Source of the DNA: Tubiluchus corallicola
Lineage: Eukaryota > Animalia > Priapulida
Direction of reading: 5' to 3'
DNA: 64,000 bases
Assembly (NCBI GenBank): GCA_030141605.1
Contig: JAQGDQ010000003.1
Location: forward strand, 2,046,001-2,110,000
This document shows, piece after piece, positions 47,117-60,321 of the stretch. The translations under genes and the position numbers were made by a program. Numbering within the stretch: position 1 is the stretch's first letter; each line of letters begins with the position of its first letter. A model generated the notes under the pieces. It did not search any database, was not told the origin of the DNA, and saw only the letters and a program-made list of their open reading frames with translations.

Positions 47117-48059
47117 TAAGTGTGACATATACATATAAAAACTAAGGAGAGGCTAAGCATGGCACAATGCATAAATTTTTATTTACACAGCATAACCTAT
47201 TTCTGTCTGCAGCAATGACAATATACAGCTTTTTAGCTGGAGCAGACCCAGTGAAATGCCAAATTACGGGGAAAATAACACGTGCTAATACCTATGTTAA
47301 TAACACGTGTACAACATGCACCAATTGCAACTGTATATAAGAAAAGAGCAAAACTGGATTTAAGAAAAATAATACTTCTTCAGCCATAGGATAATTGATC
47401 TGTGGAATGAATTACCTCAAAAAGGCCATGGAAGCACTTATGGTCATTTACTTTAAAGAGGGTATCCAAATATATTAAATTTTACTGCTATTGAAGTACG
47501 AGTTTAGATTGTATAGTACGATACCAGTTTACTTAGCTACTTGATGCAGCCTGATGCCCATATATGTTTGCTTACTGTGTGTATCATATCATACTGTGAT
47601 TACATCAAAATGTGCAAGTGCAATAAAGTGTTTTATGTATCGCCTCTATATACAATATTCAATACATGAATCAATATTATTAGTCGGTTATTTAGCCAAA
47701 AAGGTTGAACAGTTAAATGAATGCATTGTAATAACCAAGTTTTGAGTTCCTTACACATAAGGCTTCAAAAATTAAAGTTAAGACATAAGGCATAACAAGT
47801 TTGCAAACAATGATGGGGCAGGTGCAAAGGTGACTTATAGTATGGATTACAAACTAATAACGTCAACAATAAATAAATATAATTTTATTAGAAACAAAAA
47901 CTACAAAAGTAAAAGAAAAATAATACTTCATTCAGTTGATTTATCATACAAACAGAAAAGAACTCTGCTGACCACTATAAGATTTAACAACCATGCAATC
48001 AATTTTCCCACTACTATTAGTCAGAAAAATGTTCGATAGTTAGCGCTGTAATCTGTTAT

Positions 48060-48380
48060 AGTTCAGTAGCCCAATAAAATCGGCCGAATACGCAGTCCAC
48101 TCACGTGTTTGTTTAGTTCGGCGTCGTGCTGTGATTTTGTCGTTTGTGATTTTTAAGCTGCATTTTATTATTAAATAATGAACAGAATGTGGTCCACAAT
48201 TATTTTAAATAAATTAATATATATGCTCTGTATATGAGCTGAATTTCTCGTTGTTTCGAGACATACAGGCAAGCAAACACTAAAGACAGTTAAGTAGTTT
48301 AGAAACATACTGGTAGTGGTACGCCTGTACGAGTTACTAGTAGAAGAAAGGTCTTAGCCACTTAGGGTCTGTAAGTCACA
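48060..48380. promoter_or_regulatory. Candidate bidirectional promoter with non-coding first exons for the CCCH-LRR gene (minus) and MOGS (plus)
   Basis: CpG-richer patch between two divergently oriented genes, with a minus-strand donor ACAC|GTGAGT near 48105 and a plus-strand donor GTCT|GTAAGT at 48370/48371. The first MOGS coding exon is preceded by an acceptor AG at 50218-50219. Confidence 0.4.
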
Positions 48381-49196
48381 CGCTCTATCAGTTTCACTCT
48401 AACACTGAATGGGTATCTGAAGATTCAAGTTTAATTTGTTTTACCTTGATATAATACGTTTTAACTATATTATAATTGCACATTGAACAAGATCACTGAA
48501 CATCATAATAATTACACATTGCACAAGACATTTTAATCCATTGGTCTACAAACTATTACTTTAAATCTTATTTGCATGCTAGTGGCCTTGTGTACCATAC
48601 AGTGCATGTAATTTAATCTGGGATTGTAAGGTGACCATTATCCATGGTGTACTAGGAGCTGCTGCATAGTTCTGGACAGACAAAAGATTATGTTCTAGCA
48701 GGAGACATTCGCTCCTAATCACTGGTTAGCCATAGAAATGGAAACTGACTAGACTACTTGCTACAGCTATATCTTGTCATCTGCATCACTAAATTTTCTT
48801 GGAAACAGACAGCAGTCACTAAACTAACTGAAGCCATATATACCATGTTAATGGTTCATTTTAAACTCACTGTTGTTTATGTTTTCATTACATACATGTG
48901 TCTTTTCTATTTTTCGTGTGTATGGTATATCAACTGGTACTATTTTTTACTTTTCCAAACAGTGTTGAACAAAGTCCACTTTCTAATTTATCACTGAATT
49001 GTTCCTGTCTGTAGAGCAAATTTTAGTGTACTTCACCAAGTTTTTTGGCTTTTGCATTTTTAACATCTTTGTCTGCCAAGCAGCTTTTGTATTTTGTTAG
49101 GTGGAAATATAAAAAGTCTAATAGTCAGGGTGTTAAAGTCTGCAAAATGTATGACAAATAATTGAGAATAACACGTTTTATGGTAATAATATAAAA

Positions 49197-50028
49197 CTGG
49201 CAAAGGCCCCGCAAAAGATTTTGCGTAAAAAACCACGTGTAATCAATAATACGCGAACATCCTACCTAGTCCTCATTTATAACACAAAGCCCGTAAAGCC
49301 CGTAACATCCTGCCTACTTACCTAATGCAAAGCCTGTAGCCCGTAACATCATGCCTACTGTATGTCTGTTTATCTTAAGCAGAGCAGCTTTTTGCTGAAT
49401 TAAAGTTATAGAGTACAATGGATGACGTCAGCACAATGGAATGCGGTCTGCAGTTTTCTAAGGCGAAAATTGTCGAAATTTGCGGAAAATAGAACACGAA
49501 TTAACTCGTCGATACTCCTCTCGGTGGACCTGCCCTAACATATAGCCCACATCATCGTGTAGCCCTGTCCTTCTTGTAAAGAGCCCCATATCTCCTTCCT
49601 AGAGTCCCACCGGGCGACGCTAGAACGTTTTTCCCGCATGCTGTTTGGTCAAAATTTCGAAAAAATCGCGAGTTGTGTCCGGGAAAACGCCCGTTGCGGG
49701 GCGCCCTGGCCCTCTCGGGAATTCTAAATATGCCTACTACACCCACCGCTGAACGGGCTATCTATCCATACCCAGGACCGCCCTCGGCCCGTTCCCGTTC
49801 TCTACATCTCAGCCGTATAACTTTTGCAATTTTTTGCAAAAAATGGTCGAAAAAGGGCCATTTTTGGAGGTTTTTCGCCCCCCCCTCCTCTCGGTGGGCC
49901 CGATTCGAAAAATAAAGTATCAATGGCACGACACTAGATCGAGACCTTTCGTTTGATATATAGATCGCCGCAAATGGTGCCCTCGTCCGGGCTGTAGCCT
50001 CGAATCTTATATATATATATATATAAGA
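49197..50028 (-). mobile_element. Non-autonomous Helitron-like element
   Basis: On the minus strand it starts A|TCTTATATAT.. and ends with hairpin CGCAAAA-TC-TTTTGCG about a dozen nt before CCAG|T, matching Helitron architecture (5' TC, 3' hairpin, CTRR-like end, A-T target, no TSD). GC-rich interior with short AGCCCGTAAC repeats. An alternative 5' end lies at 50051. Confidence 0.72.
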
Positions 50029-50231
50029 TTTCTATATATATATATATAAGATCTTATATATATTTCTTGGTATAAATATACCAAGAATATTAATATAAGA
50101 GTATAGATGCAATAGCTAGTATGAACCTATCAGGTATATTTCAGGTTTGGTATCTAAGATAGAGTTTTATGTTTAGCTTGTGACACACTCATAATTCATA
50201 ATTATATTCATTCATATAGATTATTGTCGTC

Positions 50232-53200
50232 ATGGCTCGGCAAAGAAGTACTGACAGGCGAGTTAAACAGCAAAAGTCTCATGAAAATGATGAACAGATG
50301 AAACGACTTAAAAAGATTGACAAATCTAAATCCAAAGGGAAACAAATGTTAAATCTAACATTTTTTACACCTAAGGTAGGAAACTAAGATCGTGATTTTT
50401 TGTGAACTATAAACAGTATTTGGAATGTGGAACTTTAACATACAGTTGAAAAATACGTTGTCCCTGCCAGGTTATTATGTTAGTGCCTGTTACATACATA
50501 TTTGGCAAATAATTTTTTTTTGTACAATTTCATATGTAAACAAGAACCCTTTTCTGCATCCTGATGGTGTCACCAAGCATGCATACTTGATATATTTGAT
50601 ATGTATATGATAAATCTAATCTAATCTAACAACATGGCTCACAATTATTAACTGATGACAGTCTACTTGTGTCAAGCAGCTCAAGCTATAGCTATGCACA
50701 TTAGTCATTAATTGTTGCAGTAAATTTTTTACTAGATCAAATTTCCTGGCAAATATCAGCCTGACAGAGATGTGTCTCAACTCTTATTGTGCGCTTTTTT
50801 ACAAGTCTACAAAATTCGGAAAGTACAAAAATACGAAAGTTTATCACTTTTCATAATATTTTTGTAAAACAAGTAATTATTATGTAACTTCTTTTCATTG
50901 TCTGTTTAAAAAAGGCAAAAATTACTGCACTCAGGTATATTCCCTTCTTCATTAAAACATGCAACTGCTAAAGAAGTATAATCTTAATCCTGATAGCTTT
51001 GCTAATTGACATGAAATATCTTGTTATTTCTATCAAAGACAATTGAATATGTAGCAGCAAAGCTATTCAATCTCTTAGTAACTAATCATTGTAGTGAAAC
51101 ATTTCAGCCTGCTTTTACCAAACGTTTTAGTACAGAAACTATCTTGCTTTGTATACAAAATGACATATTATTGGCGATTGTTAAGAAACTCGTAGTCTGT
51201 CTGGTACAACTAGATATTAGTGCAGCGTTTGATCGATTACATGATACACATACTACTGCATGAACTTGAAAGCAGTTTAGTTATTTCAGATCTCTACTTA
51301 GTTAGTTTCACTCTTATCTGACAGACTGGTCATACTATATTCAATTAGATAGTGTAAATTTGTCTATGGTAGAGATGCCTCATAGTGTGTCCCAAAGGTC
51401 TGTTTTAGGACCCATGCTATATGCAATAAATTTACATCCTATCACTAGGGTACCTCATACATAAATTTGAGGTAGCATATCATTTCTATGCTGATTTGAA
51501 TCCGGTAGGCTGAAGTCAAAGCAATTCCATGAGAATTGCTATTACTTTACTTCGTGTCAGTATAAGTAGGCCTAAATTCTTTAAGCATTTATGTGTAATT
51601 ATGAACTTTTTGCCATTTGGTCCGTAGATTTCTCCTATAAATTTTAAACCTTTGAGTACCAAGAAGGATTTTGGATTTTAAGCAATTAAATTTTTGTGTT
51701 TATTAATCATAGCTATGTTAGTATTGCGCAGTGCACAAAAAAAGTTGCTCACGTGCACCATACATCAGAATATTAACGTTCATGAAATAAAATGAATGTT
51801 TTTACCTGTGAATGATGAATTTTTTTTACTGAATGTCAATTGTAATTTGCTGTTTACTCTTAAGTTGTGATTCAGCACTTTAAGTGGTATTATTCCATAT
51901 TGATGGTGTGTTGCCACTTAAAGTAATTAGAAAACTAAGCTGAAACAGGTGTAGCTTTAGGCTACTGGAAAAAATTCAAATTACTTTCAAATTAACAGAA
52001 CTTTTACTTATATTTTTGTTACCATTTGACACTCTATCACCGGCCAATCTACCAGTCAACGGCCGAGCCTACTTAATATAGGCATTACTATTCATGATAG
52101 GACCAGAATCCTAGGTTGTTGTCAAAAATAACCATTGAGATGAGACACTGAACTAGCATATGTGTGTATCCCCCTTATTGCACTAAATAATTGGTATGCA
52201 GGTGAAACTGCACGGAATGTATTTCCTCGTGGTCATATATCCATTTACCAAATAATAACCAGACACAGCATTGCTTCACTTCAGACACAAAGCATACGAA
52301 TGACCACTTGGCTATTAACTTTGTCAGTGACTGTATTGCCATTTATGGCCCTCTTTTTGTGAACATAACTTCAGTCAAAATCGGGCAAAATCGAACTACA
52401 GGTTCATTGTTGCAGTTTTGGGCAAAGTGGTAAGGAAGTCATGTTACAGCACAGCTGAATATAGAAGAAAACTTGGTAAACCAGTGAAGAAAAGTCCTGT
52501 TTACATTAAAACACAGCTTAACTATTTTCCTTCTTATATTACAGGGGAATGTAATTGTTTTTGCAAGTGTTTAGCAATTGTTTGTTGTTCTTACAAGTTT
52601 AATAGTTATACATTTATTTTTGTAGGTGTGTTTTCAGCTCTTGGTTATTGTTTTCGCCATTGCATTTGCTGTCTACACTTTATATGATGTTTACAAGCAG
52701 TTGCGAGTCACCACACCACTCTCAGTTCCTAAAGTTATTAGTGGCTGGAATGCAACTAGTAACAGGTAAAAGAAATTTTCTTATTAGTTCTCTTTGAAGA
52801 AATTTGGAAAATTTATGCTATTTATTGTCAAAATAAAAAGCTTCTTGAAAAGGTTTTTAAATGTCTAACAAATTAACATTTTTGAAAAAGTGTGACTTTT
52901 TCTCAGAACCTGTACGTTGTTTAGTTGAGAACAGTATATAATTTACTTCTATGGTATGGCAACTGTATTTCAGATTTTGGGGCAGCTATCGTCCACAGTC
53001 ATATTTTGGTTTAAAAGCAAGGAGTCCGCACTCGCCTGTGTTTGGTCTCATGTGGTTTTCTCAGTTTCGAGACATGCAAGAATTTTCAGTAAGGTAAGGT
53101 TTCAAGTAGATTTATGTTTTCATGAAAGTTTCACACTTTCGTGCCTTCATACGTAAGAGTTCTTGTTTCTTGTGTATATAACTGTGTTTGATTAGGCATT

Positions 53201-56200
53201 GGTGTGAACAAGGTGACAATCTGCCTCGATATGGTTGGCTAGCTCATGATGGTATCAACTTTGGAGTACAAGAAATTGTTGACAAAGAGTTCATGTTAAC
53301 GACGTCATTTGTGAAGCGACCTGATGGAGAACATGGGGGAGACTGGGCGGCCAGAATAGTCGCTGAACCAAAGGTAATTTTTCTGGTCCTTTACGGATTC
53401 GGTTTTTACTAGAAGGGCTGCCCGTGTAGGTTCATTGTCAAAAAGATAATACAGTTATAACCTTGAGGTGGCTTCTGGTCACATAGACATTATTTTCCAA
53501 AACTGAAAAGTTCTCATGTAAAAAAATTGATCCTGCAGTTTGCACAAATCTGTACTTATTTTTGCATCCTAAATATACTTTGTGTTCATTTTCATTAAAT
53601 TTTATTAATTAACAATTAACAATTAACAAAATAAAAATAATGAATAATTAATATTAAATTTGAAAACTTATGTAGTTTCTAATCTAGGCTTAATAAACTG
53701 TCACTTTTGGGTTATTTGAGCCTTGAACAGAGTGGTTTATTTGATATAAATTTAGCATTTATATCAAATACTTTTATTTTTGCTGTGACATTAAGAAAAG
53801 TAAAAAGTGGAAATGGCACTTATTTACTGCTTTCACAAATTGATTATTCCTTCTTTATGCTAATGCTTTATGTTAACCAATTATTTTAGGTGATGGAACC
53901 ACAAGCCAAACCACCTGTTATCTCATTACTCTTCTATACTGCTCTCGATGGGGAGGGATTCTTGAGACCGACCATCGACAGAAACATATTAGTCAGCATT
54001 GATGGGTTTACAGAGGAGTTAGGGCACTTTCAGATGAAATTTCCCATCATTGAACGCAACCATGAAATTTTATACAACTATTACGTGTCACACGTAGACG
54101 GTATTGATGTCTTGAAAGAAACTGTTTTAAGAGGTCTAAAAATATTGCCATATAAAAGTGGAAAACAGTATATAGGTGAGTAAATTAAAGCAAGTAATAT
54201 TTTTCTGCTTTTTTCATTTAAAGGTTTTGAACATGTCCCAGTGCAGGTGCAAAACTTTTTCAGACTTTCTAATTTATTATTGCTTTTCTTTTGTGTTAAA
54301 TCCTACTGTCGTTTTAAAAACCTACTGTGTTTTCTGTAATATTTCTCAGTTATTACTCTGAACAGTATATTTTGTAAATTTCATATTCTGGTGTTCAATT
54401 AAGAAATTTATAGTACAACTACTGATAAATTCATCTTTTGTCATCTATTAACATCGTCATTTGAATTGTTAGCCAACTGCTGACATAGTGAATGAGTGCC
54501 TGCTTCCAAAAAATAGAGCACAGTGGTTTCATGTCAACTAGAGTTGCTAAACAGATATTTACATCAAACTGTTTTTTTTTCATGTTGCTCCATAATGCTG
54601 TCAGAAGTAGAGTTTGTATGTTTTTGTATTTCACCATTTATGAATTATATTCAAGGGAGATTTTAAACCATTGTTCAGTAAATTTTACAGAGAATGGGAT
54701 CAAGTGATAATTTTTGTCACTTTGTTTAGCACACATAATCATGTACTGTATGACATCCTGTCTTACTATCATGTAAAACTTTTAATTGAAGTCACTAAGC
54801 ATTTAATTTGATATTCTTTGATAAAAAACTGTCATTAATGTAATGATTAAAATACTCTAAAAATGAACAACGATGCCTGATTTATATGTTATGATTTATT
54901 TACAGAAAACCATAGAAACATTTTTTTGCTATTACTTTAATCTAATTTGCAGAAAACTGTTCTTTTGCAGGACTTCCAGGTGTGGATGTTCATAGCTCCT
55001 CTGCGCCAACCTTCATAGTTCATCAAGTTACTGCTCCAGTTCCCTTCACAATGGAGGTGCTCTTTGAATCAGCAAGTAGCATGATGGAATACGAGAAAGA
55101 ACCTCTTAGTAACTTAGTGTATGATGTGTTACTGCAAAAATACCAGAATGAATTTGACAAAAAATTCGAAAAGACATTCAAATTAAAAAAGAAAGGTTTT
55201 GACAATGATCATGTCAACTTTGCTAAAGCAGCTCTAAGCAATATGCTAGGAGGAATAGGCTATTTCTTTGGCTCCTCACTTGTCCAGTCAAAATACAACA
55301 AACAGCCTGTGCCTTACTGGCCAGCACCATTATATTCAGCTGTACCATCAAGAACCACTTTTCCTCGTGGATTTTTATGGGATGAAGGGTTCCATAATTT
55401 GTTAATTAGCCAATGGAATGCAGATATATCGATGGATATTATTGGGCACTGGTTAGACTTGATGAACAGTGATGGTTGGATACCAAGAGAAGTAATTCAT
55501 GGAGCTGAAGCTAGGCGCAAAGTGCCAGAAGAGTTCGTTGTTCAACGCGACAAAAATGCTAATCCACCGACTTTATTTTTACCAATACGACAAATGATTG
55601 ATTTGGAAAACAAAGACGTAGACTTCCTGAAACGAATCTACCCTCGTTTAGAAGTTTGGTACTGGTGGTTCAACTCTTCTCAGGTAGGGAAACTGCCTGG
55701 CTCCTATAGGTGGCGTGGTAGAAATACAACTATTCAAACTGAAATCAATCCACAGACACTTACATCTGGTCTTGATGACTACCCTCGCGCTTCTCACCCT
55801 ACTGATGATGAACGTCATGTAGACCTTCGCTGTTGGATGGCGCTTGCATCAGGTGTTATGGCCGACATTGGAAAGTCACTGGGTTATGATTACAAAAAGT
55901 ATGAGGAAACTTTTAAATACCTTTCAGACAATGTGTTATTGGATGATTTACACTGGTCTGAAAAGCTAAAAGCATACAGTGACTACGGACTTCATACTGA
56001 CAATGTGATGCTAAAGCGGCCAAAGTCACCACCACCAGAACCTGGAAGACCCCCACCACCTCCTAGGGAAATTGTACGTGTTATCACTAAAGATCAGCCT
56101 ACCCTTCAGCATGTGAATCAGTTTGGATATGTCAGTTTATTTCCATTTTTACTTCAGATATTAGACCCAAGTTCACCAAAACTTGAACAAATTTTACATG

Positions 56201-56571
56201 ACGTTAGGGATGAATCTAAAATGTGGACGCCTTTTGGTCTGCGATCGTTGTCAAAGACGGCTCCACTTTATATGAAAAAGAACACTGAACACAATCATCC
56301 ATACTGGAGAGGCCCTATATGGATCAACATGAACTTTCTTGCACTGAGAGCTCTGAATTTCTACATGAACACAGAAGGACCATATAGCAAAACTGCAGCA
56401 GAGTTGTACACAAGTCTTCGGAGTAATTTAGTTGAAAATATGTATCGTGAATACCGAACAACGGGTTATATATGGGAGCAATATAATGATAGTACTGGTA
56501 AGGGACAGGGTAGTCATCCATTCACGGGCTGGTCTTCATTGGTAGTGTTAATAATGGCAGATTCATATTGA
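50232..56571 (+). CDS. MOGS: Mannosyl-oligosaccharide glucosidase (ER glucosidase I, GH63), 6 coding exons, about 822 aa
   Basis: Exons 50232-50375, 52626-52765, 52974-53093, 53196-53373, 53890-54175, 54971-56571, all GT-AG and phase-consistent. Basic N-terminal tail MARQRSTDRR, type II anchor LLVIVFAIAFAVYTLY, then FWGSYRP, RHWCEQGD, HGGDWAARI, PRGFLWDEGFH, LTSGLDDYPR, ERHVDLRCW, YWRGPIWIN, GYIWEQY, HPFTGWSSLV. Confidence 0.97.
50895..51495 (+). mobile_element. Decayed L2-type reverse transcriptase fragment in MOGS intron
   Basis: FLSKTIEYVAA..FQPAF..FSTETILLCIQNDILLA..LDISAAFD, followed by frameshifted SQRSVLGPML and HFYAD. Confidence 0.8.
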
Positions 56572-56820
56572 AGTTTAAATTCTTATTATAATCGTCTGAA
56601 GTTTGTTCCATTAATCATTGCTGAAAATCAGTTCTTATGAGAAAATTGTGAATTTTTGTGATATTTGTTAAGGCCTATGATGTGAGTGCCACTGTGTATA
56701 AATTCTTCAACAGTTGTGCAATATAACGATGAAATGCAAGTGTGAAAAAATGCCAGAACACAGCCAACATGGAAATTCCGAAGTAAGTAGATGGAATCAT
56801 AGAACTGTTATTTTATGCGC

Positions 56821-57198
56821 GGCTTGAGGGGATGTAAACTACATGATTAAAATTCATTCATTATTAATTATAACTAAGTGACCTCGACGCACAGGAAGTG
56901 TTTAGTCTATCCCAAAGTTTTTTGCAACCATTTTCTTCTCCATGTTATTTTTTATTTTGTGGTGTGGCTGTATTTTTTTAGAAATCCCTCACAACACTAA
57001 AGAAATGCTTTTTGTGGGGCTTGAGAGATGTAAAAAACATAACCTCATTAAAATGCATTCATTATAACTAAGTAACCTCAAAGTGCAGGAAGTGTTTAGC
57101 CTATCCCAAAGTTATTTGCAAACATTTTCTTCTCCATGTTACTTTTTATTTTGTGGTTATTTTATTTTTTAGAAATATCTCACATATCTAAAGAAACA
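56821..57198. repeat. Two-copy tandem duplication (about 195-bp period) downstream of the MOGS stop
   Basis: GGCTTGAG.GATGTAAA...CAGGAAGTGTTTAG.CTATCCCAAAGTT...TTTTCTTCTCCATGTTA...AGAAAT..CTCACA starts at 56821 and again near 57018. Confidence 0.88.
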
Positions 57199-60100
57199 CT
57201 GTTTAACTGTCAAATATGGCTGCAAAATGCATAGCGATAATTGTTGCTAACATGCGATGCTGAATTGTGTCATGATGTCTGGGATATAGCTAATTGAGCA
57301 TAGAATAATTGCATTTTAGTTATTTAAGTACATATGCAGGCTCTGCTGCATTATCTTATAAACGTGTATGGCTATTGTCTGTCATTCAAGCAATCGCACT
57401 GCCTTGGTGATACGAACTGATGTCACTCATTCTCGTACACTACTGGCATCTCTTTCTAGAAACAAACTGCAACACCAATAATCCTAAAATTCGGTGTACA
57501 AGTTTTTCATTATACACAAGTGTATTACTGTATGGGCTTTAGTCTAGATTATGATTCCACAAAATGATGTAATAATTTTGTATATAATTGCTGGGGTTTT
57601 TGCTTCATATTTTGACGACTGATGGTGCTTTTCTGTGATAAACTGCCAATGTAATAAGTATAAATGAGAATAACAAGTTATGGGATGCCTAAATTTATTT
57701 AAAATATTAGAACGTTTGTATTAAAGGCAAACATAAAAGTATATGAATTGATATATACACGCACTGGCTTTGTTACTTGGATTGCATGTGTCACATATTG
57801 TGAACTATGTGGACATTAGAAATTAAAGTATTATTGTCTTTTTTATAATTTTATGTAATACTGCGGTTGCATTCTTATGTATTCGTTGGCAAGTAATTTT
57901 GTTGAATAATTTAACAGTAGTACACAGAATAGGCGCGTGTGTGTTATAAATAAGAACATCAATGTTTTCATGACATGACAGCATCAAAGAGGATTAGTTT
58001 TTACTGTATGAAGCAAGCTGGATTAAGTAATATTTCTGTGGTTCTTATGTTTGCAAAATCCTCGCGTAAAATTCTTTTATAACATTTACAGCTTCATTAT
58101 CCTGTAGAGAAATGTAATAAAACACAATATCTGTTAGGCACAATTTATTAAAGATAAAAATAATCCTGGCCAAAAAAACATAGTCGTGACAATGAAGACC
58201 TAAATATGTACAAGCCCTTACCGAGTGTTTTTGTCCGAATACAAAAGTGTTTCTGTTCTTTTTGCTGGCATATCGAGTACATGATGAAAATCTTAAGCAA
58301 ACCAGCAGTTGCATTATCATGTTGTTCTACCTCAAAATACAAGAAAACCTGCAGCTTAAATAGTTGCAAAAGTACAAAACCTGCATAGCTTGCACTTGAA
58401 CATAAGCTGCAAGCTATAGCTGTACATGAACAAACCTCTGGGAGAGGGGACATTGTAAGCAAGTTTGTGATAAATATAGATTACAAAAATGGCATTGGTA
58501 CAACACTATAATGAAACTGCAAGGTAAGGTAACACACTTTCAGTTTCAGCTCATGATTCCCACCTATTCCTGCCAACAAGCAGCTAAACCATGACAAATG
58601 TTAACAAGCCAACACGAAGAAAACTTGGCACGTAATACAACAAATCCCGACTTAAAACATACAGCATCAAAACAATAAGTTAATACAATTACGCGCAGCA
58701 TAAATGAACTAAAATAGGTAAACCAACTTGTGCTTCCTGGTCTGAATATCAGAAAACAGCATAATACTTACATCTGCAAAACTGTACTGAGAAAGTCTTG
58801 TAAATGGAACAAATTATTTACATACAAAAGTAATACTCCAATAGAAATTAAAATACTTCCCACGTTTTTCATGAATTTTTATAATTGCAAATAACCATGA
58901 TTATTCAACAAGCACACTTTTTTAATACCAATTTATCCAAACAGATCTTTACATTCCACTGAATTCTATACTAAAAATAAACTAATGTACTGTTAGCGAG
59001 CCTTTAAGATTTTGTTCACTTGCTAAATAATCCTGATATTGTGAGTGTTATCGTATCAGTGAGACTAGATCTTTAGGAGGCTCACAGACTACCTTTTAAC
59101 TAACTACTTGCACAAGCTACAAGTTTAATAAATAAGTTATTAAAATTTAAGAAGTATCATTAGCTATGCTGGAAGTATTACAATATATACAACGACTATG
59201 CTGTCTCGTATGAGTAGATCTTTAAAAAGTGGCTATCATTTTTCATAGAAATGTGCTTGAATCAAAAATAGATTTTTGTGCATTACAGCATTACTTTTAC
59301 ATTAGATTTTACAGCACAACACCATACTTTTTATATTCCAATTCAACTAATAATTTTCAATTATATGTAGACAAAAACATTGCAATTTAGCTCTAACTGT
59401 GACTCTGCTGACATTTGATTTGTGGTTGTTATCTGAACTAACAGACATATCATATATTTAAAACAATTGTTACTAATATGTAATTGTAATAAATTCTATA
59501 GGGCCATAGAGTGAAGTTACAGTGACAAAGTTTTGCACGTTCCCAAAAAGGCAACAATGATAAACTCGGCAGGCTTAAAATCATGCCCAACACATTAATT
59601 TACATGTACACTCGAGGAAATATGCCCTCAGTGGTGATTATCAATTCCCACACATTCAAATTATCCCAACTCCCAACACTCCACAGTTAATAGGTATAAA
59701 GCCAAAAAAATTATCCAGGTACCTTAAAATCAATGGGGGTTGCATAACTGACTGCAACATATATTAATGCTGCTAAGCGGCTTTCACTGAAAAAGCATTC
59801 ATGCATATAAAAAAATTGCCTACACACAAACGAGAAAAATCAATACTAGGAAGTAGCGAGCAGTACATAATTCAAACGTACAAAAAAAGAATTTCACTCA
59901 TGTGAAACATTAAGCAACCTGGTTTCTTTGACACTCATTGGTTAATTTATATGAGCTATCTTAGTTTACCATCACTTTTGTATTCATAATCAAACAAACA
60001 AGCCAAAAATGCTGTCAAATATAACCAATGTTTTCTGTTACCATTGCTTACCTGTTCTTAAAAGCTTTTAATGAAAAGTAGTTACGGTACGCATCATCAG

Positions 60101-60321
60101 ATTTTTCACTCGTAAACAAGGAGCAACACTGTCTTAGGATGCGCTTAGGAAACAACATAAATAAAGTTATGTCCAGTTTTGCAGCCTTACAAATGCTTTG
60201 CACACAGTATTTCACAGTCAGCTATTGTCAATTTAAACTTTTACCAAGATTCTATAAACACAGCTTTATAAATGCAGTAATTGTATAAATAGCATCTTAA
60301 ATTAGTAATAATTAGTTACAC

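Noticed and set aside
49552-49915. GC-rich ORFs on both strands
   Set aside because: They lie inside the Helitron-like element and show no Rep/helicase or other motifs.
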